DNA from: a virus
DNA: 64,000 nucleotides
Strand: one strand, 5' to 3'
Virus record (IMG/VR): IMGVR_UViG_3300049855_000609
Location: 28,564-92,563 of that record
The position numbers were made by a program, and so were the translations under genes. The notes below the pieces were generated by a model. It was not told the origin of the DNA. It ran no database searches and was given only the letters and a program-made list of their open reading frames with translations. Below, piece after piece: positions 1-9,403 of the stretch; the first letter of the stretch is position 1, and the number at the start of each line of letters is the position of its first letter.

Positions 1-1
1 A

Positions 2-226
2 AAGGCTGAAGCTGACTGGCATTGGTACTGTAAACAGGCCGGCAACTACTCTAAGATGATCCGGGGAATAGATGAGCATCAGAACTTCCTGGAACAGAGG
101 AGCTACCTGATACCTCACCAAAATCGATACTACGGCTTCTTTGGGAAGCTTTCCAGGCCGGAGAGCAGGAGATTCAATGATCCAAATAATACTACCCAGC
201 ACAGCTCTTACTTCAGAGGATTATGA
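2..226 (+). CDS. Tail tubular/ring protein, C-terminal fragment (runs off the window)
   Basis: Open frame from nt 2: KAEADWHWYCKQAGNYSKM...FRGL*. The WxWYCxQA motif resembles crAss-like ring protein C-termini. The stop overlaps the next ATG (ATGA, 223-226). Confidence 0.6.
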   Translation, partial: KAEADWHWYCKQAGNYSKMIRGIDEHQNFLEQRSYLIPHQNRYYGFFGKLSRPESRRFNDPNNTTQHSSYFRGL

Positions 227-3200
227 TAGACAAGAACACCGATATAAATAAACCCCTCATAGGTCTTTCCACAGACACACATCCTGGGGAACAGCCTAAG
301 CATACATACAGGTATGCCCTGAATGCTGTGGACCAGGCAGAAAATGGAAACAGCCGGGATCTGTCCAATGAGAACGGTTTTGATCTGTGTGGAACTATTA
401 CCTCCGGGTACTACCCTATAGGAAAGGTGTACATGAATGATGATACCCTGGTGATCTTCTCTGCCAATCCTACTATTGATGGCTCTGAGATAGGGATACT
501 GGATAAGAATTGCAACTATACTGCTGTGGTCAATACCCGTTACCGGGAAGTAGTGGTTGATGAAGTGACCACAGTGCTGGAAACCAACTGCCTGAACTTC
601 AGCATAGAGTATCAGATAGATGTGCAATACCGGCTCCGCAGAGGTTGTGAACATACTGTGTATTTTGCCAATGGTAAACATAACCCGGTGAGGTATTTCA
701 ACTTTTCCCGGCTTTCAGATTTTCAAACTGAAGACTATAATACCTGGGTAGCCGGTGGCTCCATAGGAGCTGCTCCGGATCAGAGATGGGACTGTGCTAA
801 GTTCAGGCTATATCCGGAATACAGCATTCCTTCCATGGACTCCGTAGAGCAGATCACCGGAGGTGCTATTCCCAGCTGTACTTTAAACTTCAGTATTCGT
901 TACCTGGATGCTGACTTCAATCCTACTCCCTGGATATACTCCTCTATGCTGGTAGACGTTTACCGCGATAATCAGAACTCCGGATTTGAAAATATATTGG
1001 GATCTTCCAACCTGGCTGCAGATGAGCTGGCAGGAAGCCCTCCTACCAATAAAGCAGTAAAGTTGTTTTTAAGTGATCTGGATACCCGGTATCCGTATTA
1101 CCAGATAGCCGTAGCTGTAGCCAAAGACTCCAATGGCCTGGTCAGCAAGGTTTATCAGAGCCCTTATCAGAACATAGACCGTGAGGAATTTGTCTTTGAT
1201 GGTTTGCTGGAAGGATATTCAGAGATACCACGCGAGGATCTTCTGGTAAAAAGGATAGACTACGATTTTGCAGATCATATTGAGCAGATGGAAAACAGGC
1301 TGTTACTACTGTCCATGTATGGCCGGCAGGTGAATTGGTGTTCTTTTCAGCAGTATGCCTCTAAGATAGCCACCAAGTACATCATTGAAACGGTGCCTTC
1401 CCGGGATCAGTTTTCTGCAGGAAACCCTAAATGTCCGGACACCTATTTTGTAAAAGAAGGGTATATGGGAGATGAGGTATATGCCATGGGCATAGTTTAT
1501 GTTTTCCGGGATGGTTTTGAGTCTCCGGCTTTCCATATTCCTGGCAGGCCCCTGAATAAATACCCGATCCTTGTAGATAATGATGTGACCTGTGAAGATC
1601 TTCCTGATGATGATGAGGAAGAATTATTGTGGTCAGAAGACCTGATACCCTGGTTTGAGGATGAGACGGCCTATAATAATGATGGCCCTATTCCTTTTTG
1701 GAAAGTATTTGACAGCTCTTACAGGACAAGTGGCAGTGCCTCCGGTGATGCCACCGGTGCCATGCAGTACCATGAGAATGAGAATTTTGTATATCCTCCA
1801 AGAACAGATTGTGAAGGCAGTGACTTCTGGGGTGTAGACTTCTGTGGAAATCCCCTGGCCGGAGAAAAGGTCAGGCATCATAAGTTTCCTTCCCGGGCCA
1901 AGGAACCTCATATATCCGGTACCACGACCACTACCAGTGACATGGGAGTGTTTATCAACATCGCGTTGAAAGAAGATGTAGCCTGGGGAGATGTGGGAGC
2001 TGCTTCCGTAGTGTGGACAGTGAACTTTGAACAGCCTATAGGAGTACCTCAGTCCATAGACATTACCATATTCGAAAATGGTGCTGCCCTTCCTGGAACA
2101 GCTGTACCTCCTGATAAGGAAAGCAATGAGCCTGTCAATGAGCTGATGATATACAGCTTCACCGGAGATCTTTTGGATATACAACTGGATGCCAGCACCG
2201 GGGATCTGATAAGTACCTACTCTCAATATTTTGATTTTTACATAGACATCCGGCCATTGAATGAAGCCCATACTGATAACATCAGCCTGAGACCTTTAGG
2301 CATACAGTTCATGGGAGTAGAATATCCTCATCCTGATATTGTAGGACATTACTTTGTCCGGGCAGAGAGAACAGAGGGACAGAGAACTATACTTGACAAA
2401 GGCATCTTTGGAAGGCTCCGGGAAGAGGCTACAGCTTGTAGTGCCAACTACCATACCTTCAGCTATTTCACGAAAGGCAATGATGATGAAAGTAATGCCT
2501 ATCTGTTCTCTCCCAAATTCATGTTCAATAAAGAGGTAGCTAAACCGGATTACATAAAGAATGAATGTAAGTTTGACATAGACCATATAAATCATTCCGG
2601 TAAGAATGTTGATGATCCTGACCATAAAAGGGCCTGGGGTAATGAAACGGACATGATCATAGAAGTCCGGGGACAGGTTTACAGTGGAGTAACGGCTTCA
2701 GATGACGGACATAACTATGCCGTAGACAAAATAGTAGTATTGGATGGCTTGTCCAATGATGAGGTTATCATTCCCGGGGATGAGGTATATAATTTGAGCT
2801 GGACACAGAGAATGCAAATGCTTAAAATGATGACCGGTGTCACTGTACCTTACAACAGTGATGATATTTATTATGCTTCCTTAAAGGTAAACAGAGATGT
2901 CTACGGTGTACTGGATAATATCAAATACTACCGGATACATAACTCTCTCTTTAAAAGGGATGAAGGAACAGATATACCGGAGCAGATTGCTCCTGTAGTG
3001 TATGGGGGAGATACCTTTATCTCTGAACTTGATCTTTCTAACTCTTTGTGGAGAAATCAGAAGAAGGGAATAGGAATGAAGATCTGGCTGATCATAGGTT
3101 CTGTGGTATTAGCTGTAGCTTCTGTATTTACCGGTGGAGCTGTAGTAGGATTAGTAGGTCCTATTTTAGCCGCGGTAATATCTACCACAGCCTTAACTGC

Positions 3201-5088
3201 TCTTGCTGCCAGTGCAGCTACCATAATAGCTGCAACAGTAGAATTGGTACTAAAGAAGTATGATGAGAATTGCCTGGATGAAATGGTGACAGACACTGAT
3301 CTGGCAAGCATACACAATCTTCGAAAATGGAATGGTTATATAAACTTTGCCAATGAGTACCTGAAAGGTATCTATGTTGAAAATGAGATCAATATAGCCC
3401 TTCGGCAGGAACAGGGATATGAGTGTGGACAATTCTATAAAGGCGGGTTATTAAAAGCTACTACTTTTTTCCGTGATCGGTGGTTATATGACAGGGATCA
3501 CAACGGAGAGTACAGGAAAAGAGGGGTCCCTTGTCCGGAAGTATATCAGTATAACAAGGACTTTTCCCGGATGAACAAGGAGTCTGAATACTATGCCCTT
3601 CCGCAGACCTATGATTGCTGTTCAGAATGCCTGGAGGAACATCCTCACAGGGCCATGTACTCGGAGCAGTCTTTTCAGGAAGAGCTGATAGACAACTACA
3701 AGATCTTCAAACCCATGAACTACCGGGATATAGAAGGGGAGCATGGTAAGATCACCGGGGTATTCAGAATGGGAGAGAAGCTGATGATACTCACAGAAGA
3801 GATGCTCTGGGAGATGGTGGCCTCTTTCCAGGAAAAGGTCATTGGAAGCATAGTATCCTATGTGGGAACCGGGGATTTCTTCTCCATTCCTCCACGCAAG
3901 ATGATCGATGACAAGCTCGGCGCCATAGGCACACAGCATAAATGGGGAGTGATAAAGACCCGGCATGGTACCCTGATCCCTTCAGAAAGGGAGAGTAAGA
4001 TGATCCTGCTTTCAGATACCCTGCATGATCTGGGAAGGGAGGGGGAAATAGTAAACGATCTGGAGCTATTGTTGCATGATTACCTGTCCAATCAGATGCT
4101 GACACTGGTAGGTATTCCATTCCCTTTTACCAACAACCCGGCTAACCCTTATGGAGTAGGTATACATTCAGCTTATGATGTAAGGCACAACAGGCTCATT
4201 ATCACTAAAAAGGATTACCTGATCATTGAAGACAATTACTCCCAGGAACCTCTGGAAGGATCTATGACCTGGCTTCCGCTGGGCCATCCTTATGGGGTTC
4301 TCTTCCCGGAAGGAAATGTCTTCATTACAGTAGCCAATAGCCAGGTTCTGACAGTGGCCCTGGGAGATCCTGACTTCTTTGAGAATAAGAGCTGGACCAT
4401 GAGCTACTCTTTCAACACCAACCGGTGGAGGAGCTACCACAGCTATATCCCGAACTTCTATGCTTTTACTCCCAATAACCTGTATTCTTTCATAGACAGC
4501 AATGTATGGAAGCATAATATTCCGGGTATCTACCAGACTTACTATGGTGTTACTTATCCATATATCATAGAGCCGGTGCTTACTCTTTCTGGTGTACAGA
4601 CTGCATTCTGGGAAGACCTGTCCATGCAGACCCTGGCATTTAAGATCTTGGACAACAACCATCCTGTAGAGCAGAGGTTTGTGACCTTCAACAAGATCAT
4701 AGCCTATAACTCCCGGCAGTCAACAGGACTGAAAACCATTACTCCCAAAGACAATGAGACCGCGGCAGACTTCCTGGAAAACCAGATTCTGGACCGGCAA
4801 GGGGATATGCTGGCAGAGAGAAGGGAGAGGGATTGGAGCATCAATGACCTCCGGGACCATGTGATCGATTATGATCTACCTCTGTTTTTGAAGAGCTGGG
4901 ATGACATCAAGGCCCAGTTTCCTATAGATAAGGTACCCAATGCCTTGTCAACAGATGTGGATAAGGAGTGGTATGAGCTGGAGATCCTGAGAGATAAATT
5001 CCTGACAGTCCGTTTTATTTTTGATAATTTTAATGATGTTCAGTTACTTGTGAAATATATTACCTCAGAGCCTCAAATATCAGAGTGA
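223..5088 (+). CDS. Tail stabilisation/muzzle protein (P22 gp10-like, crAss-like)
   Basis: 1621 aa. N-terminal GLxTD..P..QP..TYRYALNA; central DEVYAMGIVYVF.DG.ESP.FHIPGR; YGGDTFIS; C-terminal WTMSYS...W.SYHSYIP. Lies between the ring protein and cargo genes. Confidence 0.8.
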   Translation: MIDKNTDINKPLIGLSTDTHPGEQPKHTYRYALNAVDQAENGNSRDLSNENGFDLCGTITSGYYPIGKVYMNDDTLVIFSANPTIDGSEIGILDKNCNYTAVVNTRYREVVVDEVTTVLETNCLNFSIEYQIDVQYRLRRGCEHTVYFANGKHNPVRYFNFSRLSDFQTEDYNTWVAGGSIGAAPDQRWDCAKFRLYPEYSIPSMDSVEQITGGAIPSCTLNFSIRYLDADFNPTPWIYSSMLVDVYRDNQNSGFENILGSSNLAADELAGSPPTNKAVKLFLSDLDTRYPYYQIAVAVAKDSNGLVSKVYQSPYQNIDREEFVFDGLLEGYSEIPREDLLVKRIDYDFADHIEQMENRLLLLSMYGRQVNWCSFQQYASKIATKYIIETVPSRDQFSAGNPKCPDTYFVKEGYMGDEVYAMGIVYVFRDGFESPAFHIPGRPLNKYPILVDNDVTCEDLPDDDEEELLWSEDLIPWFEDETAYNNDGPIPFWKVFDSSYRTSGSASGDATGAMQYHENENFVYPPRTDCEGSDFWGVDFCGNPLAGEKVRHHKFPSRAKEPHISGTTTTTSDMGVFINIALKEDVAWGDVGAASVVWTVNFEQPIGVPQSIDITIFENGAALPGTAVPPDKESNEPVNELMIYSFTGDLLDIQLDASTGDLISTYSQYFDFYIDIRPLNEAHTDNISLRPLGIQFMGVEYPHPDIVGHYFVRAERTEGQRTILDKGIFGRLREEATACSANYHTFSYFTKGNDDESNAYLFSPKFMFNKEVAKPDYIKNECKFDIDHINHSGKNVDDPDHKRAWGNETDMIIEVRGQVYSGVTASDDGHNYAVDKIVVLDGLSNDEVIIPGDEVYNLSWTQRMQMLKMMTGVTVPYNSDDIYYASLKVNRDVYGVLDNIKYYRIHNSLFKRDEGTDIPEQIAPVVYGGDTFISELDLSNSLWRNQKKGIGMKIWLIIGSVVLAVASVFTGGAVVGLVGPILAAVISTTALTALAASAATIIAATVELVLKKYDENCLDEMVTDTDLASIHNLRKWNGYINFANEYLKGIYVENEINIALRQEQGYECGQFYKGGLLKATTFFRDRWLYDRDHNGEYRKRGVPCPEVYQYNKDFSRMNKESEYYALPQTYDCCSECLEEHPHRAMYSEQSFQEELIDNYKIFKPMNYRDIEGEHGKITGVFRMGEKLMILTEEMLWEMVASFQEKVIGSIVSYVGTGDFFSIPPRKMIDDKLGAIGTQHKWGVIKTRHGTLIPSERESKMILLSDTLHDLGREGEIVNDLELLLHDYLSNQMLTLVGIPFPFTNNPANPYGVGIHSAYDVRHNRLIITKKDYLIIEDNYSQEPLEGSMTWLPLGHPYGVLFPEGNVFITVANSQVLTVALGDPDFFENKSWTMSYSFNTNRWRSYHSYIPNFYAFTPNNLYSFIDSNVWKHNIPGIYQTYYGVTYPYIIEPVLTLSGVQTAFWEDLSMQTLAFKILDNNHPVEQRFVTFNKIIAYNSRQSTGLKTITPKDNETAADFLENQILDRQGDMLAERRERDWSINDLRDHVIDYDLPLFLKSWDDIKAQFPIDKVPNALSTDVDKEWYELEILRDKFLTVRFIFDNFNDVQLLVKYITSEPQISE

Positions 5089-7322
5089 TGGCAAAAATAC
5101 TTAAAAACCAAATAAAAATAACCTCTCCAAATTTGTCTCCTCAGCAACAAGCAGAAGTGGGCAGAGAAATGCAGGCATATTCAGAACTGGATGAGATCCT
5201 GAGACCTTATGCAGATCAATTTGACCAGGCAGATATTGCTTACAAAAAAGGAATGAGTGTGGCTGATAAAGAGTATTATTTGGATAAAGATGCTTTGACT
5301 TTAAGTGCTGGTAAATTGAGGGGGGCTAAGGTACCAAAGCAGATGATATTAGATGCTATTGCAGCTGCAGATGCTAATGGAGTTGATAGGGCTGATATGC
5401 TGGCTCTTTTAGCCCGGGAGTCTACTTTTACACAAAGAGATTTTGAAAACGAAAAAGGAACTTACACTAAAGCCAGGGATTCCGTTTCAGGCTGGAATTT
5501 AGATGAAGCCTACAGACCTTATCAATTAACCCGTTTTTTAGCAGATAAAAAAGTACCTGGAGTAGCTTTTAAAAAATCTCCTCATGGCTATTTATATCAT
5601 TTGGAAGAACCTATTAAAGTACTGGAATATTTAAAAGCTAATCCTAATTTGCTTTCTCAGTATGGAGAAAAAATTAAAAGTTATTCTGGAATACCAAAAG
5701 GCTTTAGTTTTTATGATGCAGCAGCAAAACAGTTAAAAACTAAAGGGGTACAAAGTTATAATCCGGGAGACAAGAACTATGTCAATGATTTTAATGCAAG
5801 CCGGACAGAAATAGTGTCTGATCCTATTCTACAAGAGTATTTAAATAATAAACAAGACTGGCCTATAAAAAGAGAGAAAGGTGTTGTATCTCCCTGGAAA
5901 GCTAATTTTCAGCCTCCACAAAAAGGATTTGGAACAGGAGGAACAACAGGAAAAAGATCCATAGATCAGTTCCTTCTTTCAAAACAGGAAGCACAGCAGA
6001 TACTCAGTGATCCGGAGATACAGGCCCTGGGAGTAACTAAGATCAAACACTCTAAAAGATACCAGGGGGTTGTACCTATTCTCTCTCGCGGAAACATGCA
6101 CTTAGTAGAGGTAGATGACGAAGAAGATATTCCACAATATGGTTTTGGAGATTGGTTAGAAAAAACAACAGGTAAAGTAAAAACAGCTATAAAATCTGCT
6201 GCTAATACTATGGTAAAACCTGCAGAAGAAGCTAATACAGCTCCAGAACCAAAAGTTAATTTTCATCCTTGGGGGGTAGTTCCTAAAAATCCTCAAAATG
6301 TAAACAGTTCTCCCAATGATACTGTCTATTTGGATATGCGTACTGGTAGTCTTGAATATGAAAAGCAATTTGAAAAAGCAAAGAAAAATGGACAGTATCC
6401 GGATTACATAATCCAAAATATGCATTCTTCTCATACACCAACAATTCCGGTAAAAAAGAATGGAATATGGGACTATATAGATGCAGGATTATCAGCTCCT
6501 CAAAGAGCTATGGTGTGGGCTTTAACCGGACAATATGAAGATCCTTCAGAAGCTTTAGGTATAGAAAACAAGTGGGCAAAATTAGCTGCAGATATTGTGT
6601 TAGATCCGCTGAACCTGTTAGGTGTTGGCTTTGCTACAAAAACTTTGAAGGGGTTGAAAGGAGTAGATACAGCAAAAGACATAACAAAAGGGTTAGATAC
6701 TGCCGGGGACCTTGGAAAAGGAGTAGGAGGATTTACTGATTTTAGTAAGTACATGAAGGGAGCTCAATTTGAAAAGTATTTAAAACCACAGGATTTTAAT
6801 AAAATACCAGAGTTTAAAAACATACTGAAAGAGTCTATACCTACTTATGAAAAAGTGATAAAACTGGATAAAGCAGGGGCTTCTGCAGCTTTGATTAATG
6901 ATATTATAAAACAAGATCCTGGTGCCAGCGGAGATTATTATTTCTGGAGAACTTTCAGACCACATTACTCTGATAGTAAAATTGATTCCGGAGAGCAAAA
7001 ACAATCTGGAACTAATTTAAAATACACAAAAGAAATTTCAGTGAAAGAAGATCTGAATACAAATAAAAAGAAAGGCATAAAGCCTACACCCTTTGACCTG
7101 GAACCGGAAGCAGGAAGAATAGATTTGATATTAGGAAGAGCAAAAGTTCCTCCTTTAGGATACACTTTTAAAAGAACACCGAAAGGGTATGACAATGTCT
7201 ATTTAAAAGGAAAGTTGGTTGGGTACTCTATAGATGGGAAAAACATGATTCCCGGAGAACCACCTGAGGATATTAAAGTGGATCCGAAGACAGGAAAAAA
7301 GCTGTATCTTGTAAAACATTAA
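5085..7322 (+). CDS. Virion cargo protein with a putative lysozyme/lytic transglycosylase-like domain
   Basis: 745 aa. AA..NGVD..DMLALLARESTF (SLT-like catalytic ES motif) and a later YNPG; FGTGG and YGFG motifs. Confidence 0.5.
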   Translation: MMAKILKNQIKITSPNLSPQQQAEVGREMQAYSELDEILRPYADQFDQADIAYKKGMSVADKEYYLDKDALTLSAGKLRGAKVPKQMILDAIAAADANGVDRADMLALLARESTFTQRDFENEKGTYTKARDSVSGWNLDEAYRPYQLTRFLADKKVPGVAFKKSPHGYLYHLEEPIKVLEYLKANPNLLSQYGEKIKSYSGIPKGFSFYDAAAKQLKTKGVQSYNPGDKNYVNDFNASRTEIVSDPILQEYLNNKQDWPIKREKGVVSPWKANFQPPQKGFGTGGTTGKRSIDQFLLSKQEAQQILSDPEIQALGVTKIKHSKRYQGVVPILSRGNMHLVEVDDEEDIPQYGFGDWLEKTTGKVKTAIKSAANTMVKPAEEANTAPEPKVNFHPWGVVPKNPQNVNSSPNDTVYLDMRTGSLEYEKQFEKAKKNGQYPDYIIQNMHSSHTPTIPVKKNGIWDYIDAGLSAPQRAMVWALTGQYEDPSEALGIENKWAKLAADIVLDPLNLLGVGFATKTLKGLKGVDTAKDITKGLDTAGDLGKGVGGFTDFSKYMKGAQFEKYLKPQDFNKIPEFKNILKESIPTYEKVIKLDKAGASAALINDIIKQDPGASGDYYFWRTFRPHYSDSKIDSGEQKQSGTNLKYTKEISVKEDLNTNKKKGIKPTPFDLEPEAGRIDLILGRAKVPPLGYTFKRTPKGYDNVYLKGKLVGYSIDGKNMIPGEPPEDIKVDPKTGKKLYLVKH

Positions 7323-7332
7323 ACTCTGTAGT

Positions 7333-9402
7333 ATGGCAAAGAAACTAAAATGGGTAACAGAAGAGGAACTTCAGCAAATGAATGGGGATCCTTCTTTTGG
7401 CTTAGGGGGTAAAATGACCCCGGAAATGGCCAATAACCTTTCAGGAGTAAACTCCATGATCTCCGGGATGAGTACTTCTTTGTTTACAACAGAGCTGGCC
7501 AGCTTGTTTGATACCTTACAAAACCGCGGTAAAAATGATTATGCCATCAATACCAACTCTAACCGGGTGATGGGTATGGGAGGAGAGACAGATGCCAATG
7601 CCATTGTGGAAAGTGGGGAGATGATCCAGCTTCCTGATGGGAATGTGGGTGAAATTCCTAAAGAAGCTGGCATCCATGGAAATCAAAAGCAAGGCCAGGG
7701 AGCTTATAATTTCCCGGAAGGGACCCAGATATTTTCTGATCGGATATCCATAGGTGGGGAAAAGATCTCAGATATTAAAAAGAAAACCGCGGCTTATACA
7801 GCCAGGATCCACAAGACCCTGGATTCCCGGCCTACAGATGCAATAGCTTTATATGGTGCAAAAAGGGCTGCTAAACAGGAAGTGGCCCAGGATAAGATCC
7901 TTTTGGAAACACAGAAAAAGGTAACTGAAAAAGCCAATATGATCAAACAGAATAAAAAGATGCAGAATGCAGTTGCTTTAATGGAGATGCTGAAAGGAGC
8001 ACCACAGTTTGGTGGTGGAGGAAAAATCCCTTCCTATGGCTTAGGAACTGTTTTATCCAATGGCATAGATGTTTCTACAACAGGCCCTAAGGATCTGAAA
8101 GAGTTGCTCTACAGTAATAAAGCTATAACAAAAGAGGATATGGCAATTATTGATGCAGAGCTAAAAAGAACAGATCCGGCTTATGCTGCTTTAGTTGCTA
8201 AAACTACTGTTCCGGCTACTAATATAACAGACCCTTCTGAAGTGCCTGTTTTATCGGGGAATCTTTCTGGTGTTACTTATGGCTCTGCATTAAAATCTTA
8301 TCCGGAAGAAGAAATGCTATCTGGAGAACAAGATTTGATAGATGCTTATTTAGATGGAAGTTATAATAAAGCTCCGGAAGTATTAAATACTTCTGATCCA
8401 AATAGCTTTCTTTTTGCAACTACCACAACTCCTTCAGCAACAACTACTGTTTCTACAGCTCCGCCTAAAGCTGTTGTAGGAAAAATGCCACCTTCTTTCT
8501 GGTCCAATTCCCAGCAAGGAGATCCTGAAGACTGGGTTGATCCTGTTACCGGTTTAAATGTTAATCCTTTACCTGTAACAGCAAAAAGAGGAGGTAATGG
8601 AATCAATGCTTCCAAAGCTGAAGGAACTGTGATACCCCCTAAATTTAAGGTACTCCCTTCTATCGGAGAAAAAGACGGAAAGATGGGTGCAGAAGAGGAT
8701 CCTATGATACCTCTTACTTTAGGAGATAAAATGGGTCTGGCTGGCACTGGAGTAAATCTTATGGGGGGATTTGCTACTACCATGGCCAATGCCGCGAAGA
8801 CCAAAGTGCCTGTAAATCCGGCACTGGGAAAATTTGATGATGCTAAAAGAAGGATGAGTGATGCCTGGGGTTTCTTAGCCGGTCAGCAAGACCTGGCTAA
8901 TGCCGATATCCTTCTTCAGGAAGCCGGAGATAATGCCAAGAACCTGGGCCGGGGATATTCCCAGGTAAGAGCAGGACAGATGGCAAACAGTATGATAGCC
9001 AACCAGGCTCGGGGAAAAGTGGCTGGTACTTATGATGCCATGAGAGCACAGCAATTGACAGGAGAAGCTCAATTCCTGGAAGGAATAGGCAGGGCTATGA
9101 TGGCCGGAGACCAATGGCAACAGGATGCTGAACAGGCTAACATAGACAACCTTTATTCCAATCTGTCACAGAACCTGGTATCAGGAGGAAAGACATTGCA
9201 GGAAGGTGGTGCAGCTTTAAATACCAAAAAGTTGGCTGATGAGTCCATAGCCTGGGCTTCTCAAATAGGTAAGTATGTGGGTATAGATTCTTCAAGAAAG
9301 TCAAAACTCAAAGGTTTTACTCCGGGAAGTACACAAACTCCTATGCCGAATACTGGAAAAAAAGAAGACTGGTTGAAATGGATAGAAGAAAATATGAGCT
9401 AA
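7333..9402 (+). CDS. Virion cargo/ejection protein
   Basis: 689 aa. Contains NAIVESGE...G.H...G....P.GT.IFSDR, typical of crAss-like cargo proteins, and an Ala/Gln-rich helical C-terminus. Confidence 0.6.
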   Translation: MAKKLKWVTEEELQQMNGDPSFGLGGKMTPEMANNLSGVNSMISGMSTSLFTTELASLFDTLQNRGKNDYAINTNSNRVMGMGGETDANAIVESGEMIQLPDGNVGEIPKEAGIHGNQKQGQGAYNFPEGTQIFSDRISIGGEKISDIKKKTAAYTARIHKTLDSRPTDAIALYGAKRAAKQEVAQDKILLETQKKVTEKANMIKQNKKMQNAVALMEMLKGAPQFGGGGKIPSYGLGTVLSNGIDVSTTGPKDLKELLYSNKAITKEDMAIIDAELKRTDPAYAALVAKTTVPATNITDPSEVPVLSGNLSGVTYGSALKSYPEEEMLSGEQDLIDAYLDGSYNKAPEVLNTSDPNSFLFATTTTPSATTTVSTAPPKAVVGKMPPSFWSNSQQGDPEDWVDPVTGLNVNPLPVTAKRGGNGINASKAEGTVIPPKFKVLPSIGEKDGKMGAEEDPMIPLTLGDKMGLAGTGVNLMGGFATTMANAAKTKVPVNPALGKFDDAKRRMSDAWGFLAGQQDLANADILLQEAGDNAKNLGRGYSQVRAGQMANSMIANQARGKVAGTYDAMRAQQLTGEAQFLEGIGRAMMAGDQWQQDAEQANIDNLYSNLSQNLVSGGKTLQEGGAALNTKKLADESIAWASQIGKYVGIDSSRKSKLKGFTPGSTQTPMPNTGKKEDWLKWIEENMS

Positions 9403-9403
9403 T

